A stretch of 64,000 bases of DNA from Camelus ferus (GCF_009834535.1 NC_045697.1:26848001-26912000), one strand, 5' to 3'. Numbered from the stretch's first letter, positions 14,460-28,347 are shown. The notes: a model not told the origin generated them from the sequence alone. Numbers and translations are program-made.

Positions 14460-16255
14460 TAAGACACAGAATAGAGAGCCCAGAAATGAACCAACGTTTA
14501 TATGGGCAATTAATCTACAACGAAGGAAGGAAAAACATACAGGCAGGGAAAGGCAGCCTTTTCAATAAATGGTGTTGGGAAAACTCTCCCACACTATGCA
14601 CAAATATAAATTCAAATTAGATAGAAGACTCAAATGTAAGACCATAAAGCATCTAGAAGAAAACATAGACAGTAAGCTCTTTGACATAGGTCTTAATAAT
14701 GTTTTTTGTATATGTTGCCTCAGACAAGTGAAACAAAAGCAAAAATAAACAAATGGGACTACTTCAAACTAAAAATCTTTGCAGAGCAGAGGAAACTTAC
14801 CAAAATGAAAAGCTACCCACTGAATGGGAGAAGATATTTGCCAACAATGTATCTGATAAGGGGATAAAATCCAAAACATACGAAGAACTAGTACAACTTA
14901 ACCTCAGGAAAAAAAAAAAAACCCAATTAAAAATGGGAAGAGGATCTGAATAGACATTTTTCTAGAGAAGGCATAAAACAGGCACATGAAAAGATGTTCA
15001 ACATCACTAATTATCAGGGAAATAAATGCAAATCAAAACCACAATGAGCTATTGCCTCAGACCTATTAGAAGGACTATAATCAAGACAACAAATCAAAAA
15101 GACAACAAATAACAAGTATTGACAAGTACATGAAGAAAAGGGAACCCTTGTGCACTGTTGATGGGAATGTAAATTGGTGGAGCCATTATGGAAAACACTA
15201 TAGAGTTTCCTCAAAAAATTAAATAGAACAACCTAATGATCCAGCAATCCCAATCCTGGGTATATATCCAAAGGAAATGAAAACACTAATTAGGAAAAGA
15301 AACATGCATCCCTGTGCTTATTGCAGCATTATTTATAATAGCCAAGATATGGAAGCAATCCAACCACCTATCAACAGGTAAATGGGTAATGATGTGGTAT
15401 GTGGTATATATGTAAATATACACACCCACACATACAATGAAATATTACTCAGCCATGAAAAAGAATGAAATCTTGCCATTTGCAACAACATGGGTGGACC
15501 TAGAGGCTATTATGCTAAGTGAAATAAGTCAGAAAAAGACAAATACTGCGTGAATCCACTTACATGTGGCATCTGAGAAACAAACAAAACAGAAACAGAG
15601 ATACAGATACAGAGCACAAGTGGGTATTTGCCAAAGAGGAAATGTATGGGGGGAGAAAAGAAACAGGTGAGGGGGATTAAGAGGTACAAAATTCCAGTTG
15701 CAAAATAAATCAGTCAAAGGTATGAAATGTACAGTGTGGGGAATATAGTCAGTAACTATGTAATATCTTTGTATGGTGACATGTCTTAACTAGACTTGTG
15801 ATCATTTTGAAATGTATAGGAAAAAAATCACTACATTGTATAACAGGAACGAACATAGTGTTGTAGGTCCATCATACTTCAAAAATAAACGAACAAACTT
15901 ATAGAAAAAGAGATCAGATTTGTGGTTATCAGAGGCAGAAGGGGCCAGTGGATAATGACAGTCAAAATGTACAAACTTCCAGTTATAAGCTAAATAAGTA
16001 CTAGGGATGTAATGTACAACATGATAAATATAATTAACATTTTTATATGTGAGATTTAAGAGAGTAAATCCTAAGAGTTCTCATCACACACACATTTTTT
16101 TTCTATTTCTTTAATTTTGTTTCTAAAATAGGAGATGGTGGATGTTCATTAAACTTACCATGATAATCAGGATGTGTATAAGTCAAATCATTATGCTGTG
16201 CACCTTAAACCTGGTCACAGTTGTATGGCAATTATGTCTTAATAAAACTGGAAAT
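14460..16255 (+). mobile_element. L1 (L1MA-like) 3' part of ORF2 plus 3'UTR
   Basis: Translates to [39 protein letters not shown] and LPTEWEKIFAN (ORF2 C-terminal); ends aataaaactggaa. Confidence 0.92.
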
Positions 16256-16269
16256 ATTAAAGTAACTGA

Positions 16270-17150
16270 TAGGTAAAAAGATGGGAAACTCACTTTTTAT
16301 TTTTCTAAAAATATCCTCCTTTGCCCTTTTTTGAAATGTAACTTTGTTGCTTACTTAATTCTAGGCTGACAGTTGATTTTTCTCTCAGCATGGTGAAGAT
16401 AATGTTCCACGGTCTTTTGGCTTCTGTCGGTGGTACCATGTCAGTTGGAAATATTATGTTGTAGATAATCTGTCCTTTTTTCTCTGGTTGTTTTTAAGAT
16501 CCTCTCTTGTTTTTAGTGTTCTTCACTTTCACTCTGAATTGGAATTTCTGTATTTGTATGGAATTCTTAATATTTATCATGCCTGGAATTTGTAGGCCTT
16601 CCTAAATCTGAGAACTGGAATCTTTCAATCAATCTGGGGAAATATTTAGCCATTATTTATTCAGGTACTGCCTCTTTCTGATCTCTCTCATCCATTCTTT
16701 TAGATTTTAATATATTATCTATATCTGCTAACCTCCTGGATTTTTTGTTTCTTTGTCTCTCTACAACATTCTGGGTAATTTATTCACATGTGTCTTTCTG
16801 TTCACTTAATCTTCAGGTATTCAGCTATTCCATTGAATTTTAATTTAAATATTTTTCATTTCTAGAGGTAGTACTGGGTTATTTTAAGCCTGCTTTATTG
16901 GGTTTTTTTTTTTTTTTTTTTTTTTGGTTTCTTGTTTCCATTGTTTTATTCAGTGCCTACTTTTATTTCTTTAAGTACTTGTATTCCAGGTAATTTGATA
17001 GTTCTGTGTGGATCTGATTTAGCTGTTTTTTTTGTTTCAGCGGGTTCACTCATGGTGCCTTATTTCCTTGTGTATTCATTGATTTGTGTGTGTGGTAGGG
17101 GGGTTCTTAATATTCTTTAGAACTTTTAATTTATTGGAATTCATTGAGGC
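16270..17150 (-). mobile_element. Ancient L1 ORF1-region fragment (14345-14455 probably belongs to the same element)
   Basis: aattctaggctgacagttg...ttccacggtcttttggcttc...tctggggaaatatttagccattatt resembles antisense L1 ORF1. Confidence 0.6.
16903..16925. repeat. poly(T) homopolymer
   Basis: Uninterrupted T run. Confidence 0.9.
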
Positions 17151-18064
17151 CTTCTTAGAAAGTATGTTTCTCAAGCACCAGGGGTCACTACCAAAACAGG
17201 ACTGTTTTTAAATAAATTATAGGCTTGATTTCTCAGGCTTTAAATAAGATAAATTTGCATTGCTAACCTGCAAGAGGCCAAGCTTATGATTACACATGTC
17301 AAGGAGATGGTTTTTTCTTCTGCATAATGCAAATGGTGTGGCAGCAAGTTTTCTTGCTGATCATTTACTTCTGATTCGCCCTCGCATTGAAGATCTAGCT
17401 CTTTGGGGTCATGGCCTTTGCAAGGATTTCCTGTTAGACTCATCACTTTGGGGTTCTATGCTTTGTCTCCAATCTACCCTGCACTCACAGAAGACAAAAT
17501 CAACACTAGAGGTCACCAGTCTTCAGCGGAAAATAACCAGAAGCTGGCCTCAGAGATCCTTTATTTTTCAAAATTAGTGTTTCACTGTGCCTTGGACTTC
17601 TGTGCATTGCTTAGTGTTATTCAAACTGTGTGACACATTTTAAGAGATACATTTTTAAATATTTATATGATATGTTTGGGTGGTTTTTAGTGTGATATTT
17701 GTACACGCTTCTTTTCCTCCATGTTACCAAAAAACAAGCCCAGCATTATTATCTTTTTATAGTTGACTCTTTTTTCCTGAAACATACTGAGGTGTAGCAA
17801 TAATACAGTGAGTGGATTTCTACTGGAGACTTTAAAGAATATTTGGATAAACTGGTGATTATTTCTTAAACTATATTTTAGCTATGATTTTCCCTAAAAC
17901 TTTGAATAATATCTAGAAAATTTAAACATTTTAATGAATACAGTGTAGGACAAGATCATGATTGTTGTAGCTACTTTATAATTAATTTCTTAGAACTGAA
18001 AATTCTTGTAAATGATAAACTATACTTTAATATGTCTTTGCCCCAAATTGTTTGATAGAATAAT

Positions 18065-18290
18065 TGCAGCATTTATTGAGCATTTACCATATGCCAGGTG
18101 TTGTTTAAAGACCATTTTCTCATCATAACAACCTCAAAAGGTTGATCCTAGTAATTTTGATTCCACGTGACAAATGAAAAAAATAAATTTAAGATTTAGT
18201 AATTTGCCTGAGATCACACAGCTAGCAGGTGAAGGAGCTGGGATTCAGACATGGTGAGTTTGGTTCCAGAAGCACACTCAGTCCTTCCAC
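18065..18290 (-). mobile_element. MIR SINE
   Basis: catttattgagcatttaccatatgccagg...aatttgcctgagatcacacagctag...ctgggattca. Confidence 0.8.
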
Positions 18291-18399
18291 TCTCTTCTCT
18301 GTTTGATACCCATCAGTGTACTTAACAGAACAGATAACAAGCAAGATTGAGCAAGGTGTACTTTAAAACTTCATTTAAATAATGACACTGAAAAAATAA

Positions 18400-21300
18400 T
18401 TGCAAAATATGGTGGGATTTTGATAGGGACTATGTTGGAACTGTAGATCAATTTGGAGAATCTCAAGCCTGTAGTTGGTGAGGATTGCTGTTCTAAAAAT
18501 CTTGAGCCTTCCAGCCATGAAGATCTCTCTCTCTCAGCAAAGTCTTACAGTTTACAATGTCTTAAATTGCTTTTGTTAAATTTATTTTTCAGCGTTTTAT
18601 TATTTTAATGCTATTATAAATGCAGTTTTTCTACTTCATTTTTGGATTGTTTGTTGTGAATGTAAAGAAATACCATTGATTTGTATAGTTTATTCAGTGA
18701 CCTTATTGAACTCATTTATTCCTTATTATATTTTTTCATCTGAATTTCTCAGGATTTTCTACATATAAGATCTTGTCATCTGAGAATAAAATTTGTTTCC
18801 TTTTCAATCTAGATGGCTTTTTAATTTTTTCTTCACTGCACTGGCTACAACCTCCAGTAAAATGTTGAATAGACATGATAAAGTGTTTCTGAAAAAAAAA
18901 TATGAAAATGAATATATGTATGTATATGCATGACTAGGACATTGTGCTGTACACCAGAAATTGACACACTGTAATTGACTATACTTCGGTTGAAAAAAAA
19001 AAAGTGTTTCTGATCATAGGTGGAAAATATTCAGTCTTAAGCCATGAATGATCACCACAGCAAGTCTAGTTACAACATGTCACCACAAATATATTAGTTA
19101 TTGACTATATTCCTCACACTGTACATTTCATGCCTGTGACTCATTCATTTTGCAGTTTGTATCTCTTAATCTCCCTCACCTATTTCTTTCTTTCCTTCAT
19201 CCCCAAACCCCCTCTCCTCTGGTAATCACCTTTTTGTTCTCTAAATCTATCTCAGTTTCTGTTTTGTTATGTTTGTTCATTTGTTTTTCAGATTCCACAT
19301 ACAGATGAAATCATACAATATTTGTCTTTCTCTGACTTATTTCACTTAGCATAATAGCCTCTGGGCCTGCCCATGGTTGTCATAAATAGCAAGATTTCAT
19401 TCTTTAAGGCTGAGTAATAGTCCATTTAGGTTGCTTCCATATCTTGGCTATTGTAAATGATGCTGCAGTGTACATAGGGGTTCACATGTATTTTCTAATT
19501 AGTGATTTAATGGGGTTTTTGCATAAATTATCACATGGAATTCCCTTATCACATGGTAGTTCTATTTTTTTTAAGGAATCTCCATAGTGTTTTCCATAGC
19601 GACTGCACCAATTTACATTCCCACCAGCAGTGCACAAATGTTCCCTTTTCTCCATGTTCTTGCCAACAGTTACTTCTTGTCTTTTTGAGAGCCATCCTGA
19701 CAGATGTGAAATGGTATTTCATTGTGGTTTTGATTTGCATTTCCCTGATGATTAGTGATGTTGAACATCTTTTAATGTGTCTGTTGACCATCTGTGTGTC
19801 TTCTTTCTTACATCTTTTTCTAATTTCTTAAGATAGAATCCTAAATTACCAATTTGAGACCTTTTATTTCTGCTGTAGGTGTTTAAAGATTTCTTTCTAA
19901 CCACTGCTTTAGTTGCACTTCATAACTTTTCACATGAGTTTTCATTTCATTCAGTACAAAACATTATGTTTCCCTTTGTGCATTGTTCTTTTATGCATGA
20001 GTTATTTAGAAGCATGTTGTTCATTTTCCAGTTATCTAGGGATTTTCCCAAAATTCTTTGTTACTGATTTCTAATACAGTTCTATTATAGTTAGAGATCA
20101 CACTTGTTATGATTTCAGTTATGTTAAGTTTGTAAGACTTGTTTATGGTCTAGTATATGAGCTATCATTGGATCATTAGAAAAGATTGTGTGTTTTGCTG
20201 TCTTGGAGTGGATTTGTTGTAAGTGTCTGTTAGGTAAAGTTGTTTGTTAGTATTGTTCTATATCCTTATTGGTTTTCTGTTTAGTTTTTTCATCAGTTAT
20301 TGACAACAGAATATAGAAATTACCACCTATTGTTGGAATGTCTATTTCTTCTTTACTTCTGTCAATTTTTGCTTTATGTATTTTGGGGCTCTGTTTATGA
20401 GTGTGTATACATTTGTAATTGTTATATCATGGCTCTTTTTTCTCTAGTAATATTTTTTGTCTTAAAACCTATTCTGTCTGATATATTTAATCTGCTTTTG
20501 TTTACTCTTTGCATGTTATATTTTTCTATACATTTGCTTTCAACCCATTTGTATCTTTAAATCTAAAGTGTGTCACCTCTAGACAGAATATAGTTGGGTA
20601 TTGTTTGTTATCCAGTCTCAGTCTGTTCCTTTCCATTTGAGTGTTTATTCTATTCTTATTTAAAGTAACTGTTGATAGCTTGGATCTATTTCTGCTCTTT
20701 TGCTATTTGTTCTCTACATATCTTATGTCATTTTTCTTCATCTCTTCCCAGTTTACCCTCTTTGTTAAATATTTTAGTGTGTCCTTTTAATTCCTTTGTT
20801 GTGTTGTTTTCTATATTACTTAGTTATTTTTCAGTGTTTTAGGGATTACTGTATATATCCTAATTTATTACATTTTACTTTACACGAATACTAACTTAAT
20901 TCTAGTAAACTATGAATATATTGTATCATTATAGCTCCATTTTTTTCCTTCCTCCTTTCTGTAATTTTTGCCATATGTGTCTGTGCATGCATGTGTGTGT
21001 TAAAACCCAACAGTGCAGTGTTGGAATTATTGCTTTATAACTGTCTTATGTTATTTTCAAGAGTGTATAAAAGAATAAAGAAAAAAGATATTTTTATAGG
21101 ATGTTTTATATATACTTACATGTTTACCTTTTCCAGTGCATATCATTCTTGTCGTGCATCTGCTACCGTCTGATGTCATTTTCTTTTTGCTACAACAGTT
21201 TCTCTCAATCTTTTTAAATTCAGTAAAGTCCTTATTGTCACCTTCTCTTATTCCAGTATCACCTAGTTATTGTCACCTAGTTTTATTCCAATATAATTGA

Positions 21301-23280
21301 AAAAAATTTGTTAAGATAGACTGCCTGATGTTTTGATCTACATGTGCATTGTGAAATAATTGCCACAGTCAAGCTAATTAACATATTTATCACCTCACAT
21401 TGGTAGTGTTTTTTTTCTTTTTTTAAAGATCTACCATCTTGGCAAATTTAAGTATACAGTACAGTATTATTAACTATGATCACATTGCTCTAATTATGTC
21501 TCCAGAACTTACTCATCTTGCATAACTGAAACTTTGTACTCTCTGACCAACATCACATTTCCCCTACACCCAGCCCCTGGCAGCCACCATTCTACTGTTT
21601 CTATGAGTTTGACTGTTTGAGATTCTACACGTAAGTGAAGTCATACAGTGAATGTCTTTCTGTGTCTGGCTTATTTCACTTAGAATAACGTCTTTCAGAG
21701 CTTTTTTTTTTTTTAATATAGTTTTGTTGGCTATAGAATCCTTGATTGACATTTTTTTCAGTACTTGGACTGTCTTTTCATTGCTTTCTGGCTTTCATTC
21801 CTTCTGATGAGAAGTCAGCCATTAATTATATTGCTGTTCCTTATATGAGATGAGTCAATTTTCTGTTGCTGCTTTCACGATTTTCTCTTTATCCTTAGTT
21901 TCAGTTGTTTGTGTGTATAAATGCAGACCTCTTAGTTTTTATCCTGCTTGGGTTCTTTGAACTTCTTGAATATGCAGATTAATGCTTTTCTTTAAATTTA
22001 GCACATTTGGCAATTTTCTTCCATTTTTTTTTTTCCTTCCTTTCTTTCTCCTTTCCTCCTGGGATTCTCTTGACATATGTTGCACTACACTTGATATTAT
22101 CCCACAGGTTTCTGGAGCCTTGTTCATTTTTCTTTCTTCTTTAAAGTCTGTTTACCTTAAGTTCTTTGAATATATTTATAATAGCTGTTTTGAAGTCTTG
22201 GTCAGCTAAATCCAACATATAAAACCACTCAGGGACAGTTTCTATTGACTGACTGCTTATTTCTCCTGATTATGTCACATTTGCTTTGTAATTTCCTCAT
22301 TTTCTGTTGAAAACTGGGTATTTTTGATAATATAGTATAACAAATCTAGATTCTGATTTTTACCCTCTGAGTGCTGTATATTAATTTATTTGTGGTTTTG
22401 GTTTGTTTAGTTCATTTACTTGGACTAAAGCTGTGGAATCTGTCAGCCACAGTGTGGGCTGCTGAGGTCTCTGCCCAGTTATTTGATGTTGATGATGATA
22501 ATGAAGTAGTAGCGGCCTGGCTTCTTAGTCGTCATCACTTGTCTGCATGGCTTAATGTTCCTTGGTGATTTGTAGAATTTCTTCTCAAATATCTCTATAA
22601 AGGAGTAAGGCTTCCACTCTCTGCCAGTGGATCTGTGTGGGTTGGGAACACATACAAAATGCTAGTGTTTTAGTCTATCCCAGCTTTTACTGCCACAGAC
22701 CTTCCCATGTTTCCACTGTCCACATACATGGCTCAAAGATAGCCAGGAGCATGTGACTAGCTTTCAGTCTATCCTGTGTTTGTAGGTAGACTTCCCATCA
22801 GCCAGGAATTTGCAGACAGCTGATTAAGGTTCTCCATGGCCATTTATTTCCTTGATCTCCTTGTGAAATGTGGGTAAAGCCACAGGCTGGGCTAGCTGAG
22901 CCACTGGGCTTCCCCCTTTGTCTAGTTCTGACACCACTACTGCTACTGACAACGCTGACAGACACAGAGTTTTCCCATGCTCAGCTCCAAATCAAGTGAG
23001 TCCTGTCTGGCAGTGAAGTTGCTGATGTTCACAGCCTGACCTCTCTGACTCTAGGAGGGGGAGTAGTTAAGGGGGGATGGGAGAAATCCCAGGCAAGAAT
23101 CTCATAGACTTTCACTAGTCTTACTCAAAGTTCAGTTGTTTTTCATTAATAATCACCTCCCAATTTGTTTTATACCTTTGGTCTTTGGTAGATTTACATT
23201 AAAATGCTTATTTTGACAATTTTATCCAGTTTTGCTATTGATTTTGGGGAAGAATATTTGCTAAATCAGCTCCTCACTGT
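18400..23280 (-). mobile_element. Nested cluster of antisense L1s: old L1M backbone (ORF2 to 5'UTR) with inserted L1MA-type 3' pieces (~19050-19810, ~21290-21700)
   Basis: Minus ORFs 19549-19791 ([19 protein letters not shown]...[13 protein letters not shown]) and 21939-22127 (SINLHIQEVQRT, ORF1-like). Confidence 0.85.
18893..19000 (+). mobile_element. Very short young L1 3' end with perfect 13-bp TSD
   Basis: aaagtgtttctga at 18880-18892 and 19001-19013 flanks gaatatatgtatgtatatgcatgact...tgactatacttc plus A-tail. Confidence 0.92.
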
Positions 23281-23439
23281 GCCATACCGTATCAAATATT
23301 TTGTGACATCACCCCAGATTCACACATCACCATTAGTGCTGTCAACATAGTCAACTGTTACTTAAAAATGACTTTGGATTTACCTTTATGAAGACACATT
23401 AATTCTTTGGTTGGGTTTAATTTTATTATAATAGCATCT

Positions 23440-24150
23440 GTTTGCTCATTAATTTATTGAGTACTGACTATGTGCTGGTGGCTGATCTAATTTCTGTGAT
23501 ATAAAGATGTATGAGAAAGTCCCTGCCTTCCGTGAATTCTTAAGTCTAATGGAGGAGATAAACTACAAATAATGATAACAAAGTACAATACTTGATGTTA
23601 TATAAGGGTGAGCAGAGTGCTGTGGAGTGACCTGGAGAGGGCATGCCTGTCTCTGACTAGTAAGAGTTCACAAACTGTGCTGCCTTTGCCTGGGATTCAG
23701 GAGGGTTGGAGTCTGCCAAGCAATGGGGGTGCAATATTTAGGGAATTCTGAGCATGTAAAGCAGTATGTCTAAAGACAAGGCTCAGATTCAAGTAATATC
23801 TGAAAAACACTCTGGTGTGTGCATGATAAGGAGCAGTAGAAGATAGAATTTAGGTAGGAGAAACATTTACACCTGTTGAACATTGTGGACTTTATCCTCT
23901 GGGCCACCGGATGACAGCCAAGGTCTTTAATGATCAGATCAGCTTTCCCTTTTGTTTCGTCTTAGAATTCATCTCCAGCAGCTCTGTGGAGCATCAGACT
24001 GCAATGAAAAGAGACAGATAACAGGTCAGTCAGGTAGGAGACTCTGGGACTTTAAGGGTTGAGAGATGGTGAGTACCAAAATAGAGAGTAGCCAGATTCA
24101 AAGGATGTTTATGATAAAATTGACAGGATTTGGTGATATTGAAATAAGGA
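23440..24150 (-). mobile_element. L2 fragment
   Basis: tttattgagtactgactatgtgc...gtccctgccttc...tggactttatcct...tgacaggatttggtga. Confidence 0.7.
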
Positions 24151-25339
24151 ATGGTGAGTGTGATTGGTTGGGCACAGAGGTCTTAGGGGGCATGGAAAGG
24201 AGACAGCCTCTGGGAAGCTGCCAGACAAGAAATCAAACAAACAACAACGAAAGTTGGACATGATGTCCAGGCGAATCATTGGCTAAAGGGCCAGGTAAAG
24301 AGGGAGAATCCAGGCAAGAGCAAACGTACAGAAACTTGGAAAACCAGGCTGGAATGATGCTTGTAGGTGGATCCTAAGTAAGTTTTCTGAGCTGCCAAGA
24401 GGGGAATGACTTTATCTGCTGTCCATACTCTTAAGTTTGGGTGAGGTGGGGGCAGTAAGAGGTTCCAATCCAACATGATCATCTTGGCACTCTTATTTTT
24501 AATAAAAATTTGGAATTACTCTAAACCCTTCTTCAAGTAGAATAATGATATTGACTGATAATTCTCCTCCAACTAATGTTCTTCCTGCGGGTAATTCAGA
24601 TACGGCACAGAGACTGTCATTAACTCTGAAATCATAGAGGAATTATTTAAAGAGCAGCTCTTTAAAAACCTAATAATGCTGCCAAAGTATTAATGCATCT
24701 TTTCAAAGCATTAAGCAGCTGGGCAGATACAAATGGATGCAATGACTATAAAGAATAAATGATGATATACCTAGTTTTGATCTACACTTTTTTTAAAGGT
24801 CCCTTTTTATGTGTGACATTCTGTGACTTAATTTCTCCTGTCCATGACATTCTCTTGGTTTTTAATTGCCAACCATCCGGGTTTGCTGTCAGTTTGAATC
24901 AGGTTTTTTACATAATTAAGCCAGCCTATCTGTCACCCATCATAATTAATCCATTCAATTTTAATTACTTTTCCATTTCCAGAGTCAATCATCCTATATT
25001 AATACAAATATAGGAAAATATATGTCATTTTTGTAATATAAGTAATACTACAGAATGCCTGTCATACACTTCCCTCACATTTTTAGAAAGGTTCAACCTA
25101 ATTTGATAAAATATATTAGTATTGCATTGCCAGAAACACAGAAACCAGAAATCAGTATTTCGTTTCATTCACTCACTTCATGAAGCCGTCTTTCTAAATC
25201 CCATCACTTATTCTGCAGAATTTCACAGTCTGGGTTCTGTATCCACCCAGTGACACCCAGGAGGGCTTTCTGTTTCTGGAAGTAATTGCAGAGATGCATT
25301 GCGTGTCAGCTCATTTTTGTCACTGGTGCCCGTGTGGGG

Positions 25340-26080
25340 TTTTACTTTTTCTGTAATTGCACCTGACTCTTATCACTGGGGATGCAGCAGTGAAAGAGAA
25401 GAAGGTTCTGAGTTCCATTGAGTTCACTTGGCAGTGGAAGAGACAGATAGTAAACAAATAAAAATCACCAGTCATAATGAGTAGTGTGCCAAGAAGTTCA
25501 AGAAGGTGATGTGATGGAGAGTGGTTCTGCAGCCGTGGAGGGCTCAGAGAAGGCCTCTCTGAGGAGGTGGCATTAAAGCTGACACTTGAATGACAGGAGA
25601 TGCCCTGAGATGATCCTAGGACTAAGCATTCCAGGAAAAAGTCATCCCTAGAGCAAAGGACATGAGAATATAATCCAGGAACCAGATGAACGCCGGGGCT
25701 GCTGGAGTGACATGAGCAGGGAAAGTGGCAAGAAGTGAACTTAGAGGGGGAGAGCATTCACGGTGAGGAGTGTGGACTTCATTCTGAGTTCCATGAGGAG
25801 CTGCTGGAGGGCTTTAAACCGGAGGGTGATGTGATCAGATTGACATTTTTAAAAGATCAGTCTGACTGCTCTGTGGAGAATGGATTGAAGGGGGCAAGTA
25901 TGGAAACAGCAAGACGGGGTCCAGATGAGAGAGGAGTCTGGCTTGCACCAGGTGTGCAGAGAAGTAGACTAATTCAGGATTTGTTTACAGATAGATGGAG
26001 CCAGAGAATTTATTGATGGGTTGGTTTTTGAAGAGTGTATTATAGAAAGGGAAAATCTGTCACGGATCACTCAGATTTTT
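25340..26080 (-). mobile_element. L2 fragment
   Basis: agagaaggcctctctgaggaggtggcatt...gatgtgatcagattgacattttt aaaagatcagtctgactgc. Confidence 0.8.
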
Positions 26081-26199
26081 GTTGTCTGTTTCATAAATAT
26101 TAGGATTTCAACACCCCTTAACCATTCTGGAAAGTTACTGCGTTCATCGTTCTCCAGGATTGATTCTTTTGCGCAGCTGCGTGTTCTCCATGGTTAGCG

Positions 26200-26430
26200 C
26201 AGACCGTGGCATTCGGCTCTCTAGATTCAAATCCGAGGTTTCCAACTTAGTGGTTGTACGACCTCAGGCAAGTCTCTTAACCCCTTTATATTTGTTTTCT
26301 CTTATAAAAAAGTGGACTAATCATGTTATCTATTTCCTAGGATTATTGACAGCAGTGACTAAGAAAATATGAACAGAAATACTTAGCACACTGCTGGTCT
26401 ACAGCAAGTACTCAGTAGATGTTAGTAATA
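26200..26430 (+). mobile_element. MIR SINE
   Basis: gattcaaatcc...gacctcaggcaagt...acttagcaca...gtactcagtagatgttag. Confidence 0.7.
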
Positions 26431-28258
26431 GATTCTTTGTTTCTGTCTTGCCCTCCTCACTATTGCACATTCCCATCTCAGTGCCAAGTAATAAGAGTTA
26501 AAGTAACATTTTTAAGAAGCAAATAATTTCTACTTCTTACCACTTCATAATTTTTTCATGTATTATTTTGATTCTATTTTTTTTAGAGTATCTCAACAAT
26601 AATCCTTGTTTAATATATTCCCCAATTCCACATCTGGCAATATGTCTTCATTTGTAAAGTGATGTTTTGTTTGGGTTTTAAACATCTGGAGCCTTTTAGA
26701 GAGATTGAATATTATCAGCTTTACTGTGAAGTTAGTGTTTTCAGCCCTTAAAATGGGGTTGGGTGTTGGGGGTGGGAGGGTGGGCATCTGAGCCCAAGAT
26801 TAGATAAATCATGGAAGAGCTTAATCTGCTGCCTCCATCGGAGCCACGGCAGCACGTGGGCCGTGCTCAGGTGTGTCCTCCTCAGCTGGGTCCTCCTGCT
26901 TTCCCTTTGGACTCGGGTCCATGTTGGCTCTCCCGTGGGAAGAGACCCTACTTGTTTGGCTCACAGGGTGATCCAGAAGACCTTGTATTGAATCTTGGAT
27001 CCCATGTTAACACTGGTTCCCGTCACTCAGTCTGGCTGCAGCTACATCTTAGACTCTCAAGATCGGTTGTTTGCCTCTTAAAACAGGTTCCAAAACAGTA
27101 GGAAAGGAGAGTAGGTCAGTGTGGCATATGGTTGAGTTTGCATGGACAGATTGCTTGAGAATAACGGGCACAATCTTTTAAATTGGTTCCTTAGTTATAA
27201 ATGTGGTATGCAGCTGTTTCATAGTTTTGGCTGGGATTGAGGTACATTTAGCAATTGGTACTTTTCGTGAGATAACACATTAACCTAATTTTTCAAAGCT
27301 CTGTTTCTCATCTCTCTCTCTCTGAAGTTAGTTGGGTGAGGAACAGACTCTCTTTGCTATAAGCATCTTACGGCATCAAAATTGACAGGGAGCGTCATCC
27401 ACCGCGGGTGGCCTTCGAATCCTTTTCTGAGCAAAACAGTCAGCATTAAACACATATATATTCTGTGGTTCTTCTGGTTTCAGGTTGTCTGTTTCTTCTT
27501 GTATTTTTTAATGACACAAATAATTTCAAAAATATTTTATTTCAAAGATTTTACACACTGTGGCACAAGTGAAACTATCCCCTCTCTGATACAACAGGTC
27601 CCTGAGTCCAGGGTGTGGGCTAATTAAACCGCTGGCCAATCCAATCCACCGGGTGTGGAATCTGCTCATTTGGGATGTCAGCTCCCACAATGTGTCTTGC
27701 CTAACTATTGTGCTCATTGCATGGATGCTGTGTGGAATCTTGCAAAAATCAGTAGTTGTAAATACTTTAGGAAATGATGATGGTAGAGAATGATAGGTGG
27801 GTTTTTTTAGAAATCGGTAACTAGATTAATCAGTGAGTCTGTCTCTGTGTGTTTTGAAATGTTTACACTTAATGGGGTTAAAACATCTGATAACCCTACA
27901 AGTTTTCCTTCTACCTCTTCCAAAGACAGTGTGGTTGTGGCTATTTAAGAGCTCCATGTGAGGGCCTTACATAGGCATAAAGAATCACCAGTGAATTCTC
28001 TGCTCTGCCAGCATCCACAGAACTTCCCCAGGGGGCTCCCATCCATTCTGTGGGATTCTTGTGCATGCCTGGTAGATCTCAGCTCTGCTTTCTCTGTGAA
28101 GAGCAAGTCTCCTCCAGCAGGCAGTATCCCATCATTTCACAATACAGGACCCCGACTTGATTACGTTAATGTTTCATTGTAAGCTTTCTTTTTTTCCAGA
28201 AATACATACATATGTGGACGTAACTCGCTTTCTATTTGTTTGCTTTTCTACCCCACAG

Positions 28259-28347
28259 ACACGGGAGCAGAAAGACAGGCACTAAGAGAAAATGTGTATC
28301 CTAAACTGAGAGAATTCTGCAGAGAAAACTATGGATTAGAATTTCAG
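28259..28347 (+). CDS. NWD2: NWD2 internal coding exon (probably exon 2), 89 nt, phase 1 to phase 0
   Basis: Pyrimidine tract tttgcttttctaccccacAG (AG 28257-58) and donor CAG|GTAATT (GT 28348-49). Encodes (D)TGAERQALRENVYPKLREFCRENYGLEFQ, recognised as NWD2 N-terminal sequence; joins in frame to the 47332 exon. Confidence 0.95.

Noticed and set aside
13770..16255. Twin-priming 5' inversion of a single L1
   Set aside because: The two pieces overlap extensively in L1 coordinates and each has its own 3' end, so they are separate insertions.
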